Origin: an uncultured Planctomycetaceae bacterium
GTDB lineage: Bacteria; Planctomycetota; Planctomycetia; Planctomycetales; Planctomycetaceae
Direction: 5' to 3'
DNA length: 64,000 bases
NCBI GenBank assembly: GCA_963815195.1
Contig: CAWFGE010000010.1
Span: 64,001-128,000 of the forward strand
Under the pieces are notes generated by a model. That model was given only the letters and a program-made list of their open reading frames with translations. It did not search any database and had not been told where the DNA came from. The position numbers and the translations under genes are program-made. Position 1 is the stretch's first letter; every line of letters starts with the position of its first letter. This document shows positions 61,442 to 64,000 of the stretch, in pieces.

Positions 61442-61603
61442 TTTTTGAAGTGAGCGGCACGGCGCTAGCCGCCGGTCTTTTTGAAGTGAGCGGCACGGCG
61501 CTAGCCGCCGGTCTTTTTGAAGTGAGCGGCACGGCGCTAGCCGCCGGTCTTGGAATATCAAAGTTCCGCCGAAAAGACCGGGGGCTAGCGCCCTTCCGCT
61601 CAC
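61442..61603. repeat. REP family A: three exact 36-bp tandem copies plus one inverted copy
   Basis: TTTTTGAAGTGAGCGGCACGGCGCTAGCCGCCGGTC at 61442, 61478 and 61514; inverted copy 61574-61603. Confidence 0.9.
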
Positions 61604-61642
61604 ATTTTGCGACCGGGCGCATCTTCAGAAGATTGATTCGGG

Positions 61643-61700
61643 GTTTGGATCATTTGTATTTTGGATTTGTTTCGGATTTCGAGATTCGGATTTCGGATTT
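61643..61700. repeat. degenerate 7-mer tandem tract (ATTTCGG-like)
   Basis: tttggatcatttgtattttggatttgtttcggatttcgagattcggatttcggattt. Confidence 0.7.
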
Positions 61701-61708
61701 GATGCTGG

Positions 61709-62887
61709 TCACGCGGCGGGTTGGCATTCGCGGGCGGCGAGGCAGCGGGAATAGAGGTAGTGCACCTTCATCGCCGACTCCTTCCAGGAGAATTCGCTGC
61801 GCGAAAACTGGAGCGCCCCGTCGGCCAAGGTTTGATAGAGGGCTTCGTCCGAGCAAATCCGCCGGACCGCGTCGAAGATGCTCGTGCCGTCGGCGTGGTC
61901 CAGGACGTAGGCGTCTTGGAGGTGCCGGGTCACGAGGCCGATGTTCGTTTTGGGCAGCACGACCGGCCGGCCCATCGCGAAGAACTCCGGCAGCTTCGAA
62001 GGGAAGCGGTAATCGTTGAAGGGATCGCTGGTCCCCGGCTGCACGAACACGTCCGCCATGGCCAGGATGTCCGACAGCTTTCGGCGGTTGACGATGTAGC
62101 CCACGGAAATGGTGAACTGCTTCGCCCAATGCCGATATTCGGGCGCGTGCTCGACGGAATCCCGTCCGACGCGGACCAGGCGGGCGGGCACGCCTTCGCG
62201 GTTCAAGAGGGCCACTGCCAGATACAGGCTGCGGATCTCGCGGTGGTTGGCCGTGTGCATATTGCCGTGGTAGGTGAGCACGATCTCATCTTTTTCGATG
62301 CCCATTTTTTTCCGTAGTTCATCGTTTCTGGGCCGCTGAGACCAGATGGAATCATCGACCGCGGGCCAGAACTCGGCGGTAGGTATTTCGAAAGGGACGT
62401 GCTCGGCGAGTTGGTCGATCAACACCGTCGCCCCGGCCGCCGACCGAAAGAAGTCCTGGCCCCCTTTGGGATGGGTCAGGTGGTCGGGGAAGGGATAGGG
62501 AAGCGAATCGTCGAGCACTTGCTGATACCGCTCCGGGCCGAGCGCGGTGCGGGCGATGTAGTCTTCGTTGTCTTCGAGATGGATGATCGTTTGAAACGAA
62601 GCGACTTCCGCCAGGCGGTCGCGGAAATGCCGCATCCGTTCGCGGGGCGTCCAGACATGCAGCAAATCCGGGCCTCTCCGGTCGCGAAACCGGCGGGGAT
62701 CGGTCAGCACTTCGTGAAACGTCGCCACTCGGTAAGGATAGGGATCAAACCGCGAGGCTTCCTCCGGTTTGTCGGGCACGGCCACCAGGCAGTCGTAACC
62801 CATCCCGCACAGTTCCCGCGCGATCCCATCCACGTGGCTCGCGCTGTTGCACGAGAGGGAATGATGCAGTCCAAAGAGGAGATTCAT
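61709..62887 (-). CDS. glycosyltransferase family 4-like
   Basis: ADVFVQPG...FPSKLPEFFAMGRPVV; GT-B C-terminal pattern. Confidence 0.85.
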   Translation of the reverse strand: MNLLFGLHHSLSCNSASHVDGIARELCGMGYDCLVAVPDKPEEASRFDPYPYRVATFHEVLTDPRRFRDRRGPDLLHVWTPRERMRHFRDRLAEVASFQTIIHLEDNEDYIARTALGPERYQQVLDDSLPYPFPDHLTHPKGGQDFFRSAAGATVLIDQLAEHVPFEIPTAEFWPAVDDSIWSQRPRNDELRKKMGIEKDEIVLTYHGNMHTANHREIRSLYLAVALLNREGVPARLVRVGRDSVEHAPEYRHWAKQFTISVGYIVNRRKLSDILAMADVFVQPGTSDPFNDYRFPSKLPEFFAMGRPVVLPKTNIGLVTRHLQDAYVLDHADGTSIFDAVRRICSDEALYQTLADGALQFSRSEFSWKESAMKVHYLYSRCLAARECQPAA

Positions 62888-62932
62888 CGTGTCGAGTCCG
62901 TTCTGAAGATGCAGGTCGTCGTTCCGCGGGGT

Positions 62933-64000
62933 CTAGGCGGCACGCGGCGAATAGTCCACCGATTGAGCGTCAAAGTTGGGATTATAGTATGGATCGCCCC
63001 GGTCGATCAGGTGTTCCCAGCGATCCAACAACAGAATACGGTCGGTGTATTCGTAGTAGCTGCCCCGCGACTTGCTCTCATAGTGCGTCAAGCGGACCGA
63101 GCCGACATAGCGATTGACCCAGCCCCGCTCCGTCAGCTTCAGGCAGAAGTCCACATCTTCGTAATGGCGGCGGAACATCTCGTTCAATCCGCCGCAGGCG
63201 TCGTACTTCTTCCGCTCGACGAGCAAACACGCACCGGTGACGGCCATGACTTCCCGCACCGCCGGCAGCGAGCCGACGTAGCCGTCCGCGTCCGACGGGT
63301 AAAATCGCATTAAATGGTCGGCGGTCCCGCGGGGCCCCAAAATCACGCCCGCGTGCTGCACGGTGTCGTCATCATACAGGAGCATCGGCCCGACCGCGCC
63401 CACGCCGGGCTGCTCGGCATGGAACAGCAACTGATCCAGCCAGTCGGACTGCTCGATTTCGGTGTCGTTGTTGAGGAGCAGCAGATACTCGCCGCGGGCT
63501 TCCCGCGCGAGGATGTTGTTGAACGCCGCGAAATGAAACGTGCCCGGCAATTCCACTCGCCGGATCGGATGCTTCTTGAAGACCGCGAGGGCTTCGAGAT
63601 CGTGGGTCTCGTTGTCGCCCACGACGACCTCGAAGTTGGGATAGTCCGTGTTCTTGAACAGGCTGTCGAGGCAGGGGCCGATCAGCTCGGGCCGGTCCCG
63701 GGTGGGAATCATGATCGAAACGAGCGGATATTCCGCACGCGGCTTAGGCAGGATTTGAATGCGATGCCCGTTTCCGGATTCGATCGCCCGGCCCGGAATG
63801 TTCACGCGGTCGAGGTGCGCTTGCACCGCTTTTCGCTGAAGCTCGTTGATGCGGGGTTTTGCGGTGATCTCGCGGGCGAGGCTTCCCGGAATCACCCGCC
63901 AGTGATAGAGAATCCGCGGGACATGCTCGATGCGGTCGGTGATTTCGCTCAAGCGGAGCATCAACTCGAAGTCCTGCACGCCGTCGAACGCGCTGTCGCA
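62933..64000 (-). CDS. glycosyltransferase family 2 (5' end outside the window)
   Basis: LYHWR, VSIMIPTRD, LLLNNDTE, QHAG, AVTGACLL, YEDVDFCL, DPYYNPN. Confidence 0.9.
   Translation of the reverse strand, partial: CDSAFDGVQDFELMLRLSEITDRIEHVPRILYHWRVIPGSLAREITAKPRINELQRKAVQAHLDRVNIPGRAIESGNGHRIQILPKPRAEYPLVSIMIPTRDRPELIGPCLDSLFKNTDYPNFEVVVGDNETHDLEALAVFKKHPIRRVELPGTFHFAAFNNILAREARGEYLLLLNNDTEIEQSDWLDQLLFHAEQPGVGAVGPMLLYDDDTVQHAGVILGPRGTADHLMRFYPSDADGYVGSLPAVREVMAVTGACLLVERKKYDACGGLNEMFRRHYEDVDFCLKLTERGWVNRYVGSVRLTHYESKSRGSYYEYTDRILLLDRWEHLIDRGDPYYNPNFDAQSVDYSPRAA

Noticed and set aside
61442..61549. 36-bp repeats as a CRISPR array
   Set aside because: Copies are directly adjacent with no spacers, no cas genes are present, and the core is a dispersed REP
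1..64000. tRNA, rRNA, prophage, integron integrase
   Set aside because: None recognised by eye; a tRNAscan/cmscan run would be needed to exclude small RNAs formally

Overview
High-GC bacterial chromosomal segment, almost certainly a planctomycete: it carries a PSD1/DUF1553 cytochrome c with DUF1501, a BBP7-like porin, a Minf_1886-like protein, DUF1080, a DHOR-type di-heme protein and a PQQ-propeller. About 45 genes are present. They include a DUF5682-VWA fusion, an ECF sigma/anti-sigma/TolC-like trio, a P-II-like protein, a sulfhydrogenase-type (group 3b) beta/gamma/delta operon with no NiFe large subunit in the window, topB, mfd, a PHP-type metallohydrolase split by an intact ISAzo13-family IS (TTA target duplication), SulP, and the end of a polysaccharide cluster. 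About ten genes, including mfd and topB, have single-base frameshifts, most likely long-read consensus errors. The most unusual signals are non-coding. (i) Three highly structured intergenic stretches surround the P-II gene; one follows a sigma54 -24/-12 motif and one is a ~160-nt rod with a three-hairpin apex next to a terminator. (ii) A second sigma54 motif plus terminator defines a ~80-nt sRNA candidate near 59.7 kb. (iii) A 37-nt element occurs once intergenically and once in-frame inside mfd. (iv) An AT-rich gene cassette is bracketed by a duplicated gene start, where the hydrogenase large subunit would be expected. (v) At least seven REP/REPIN-like repeat families are present. All family calls come from motif recognition by eye; no database searches were run.
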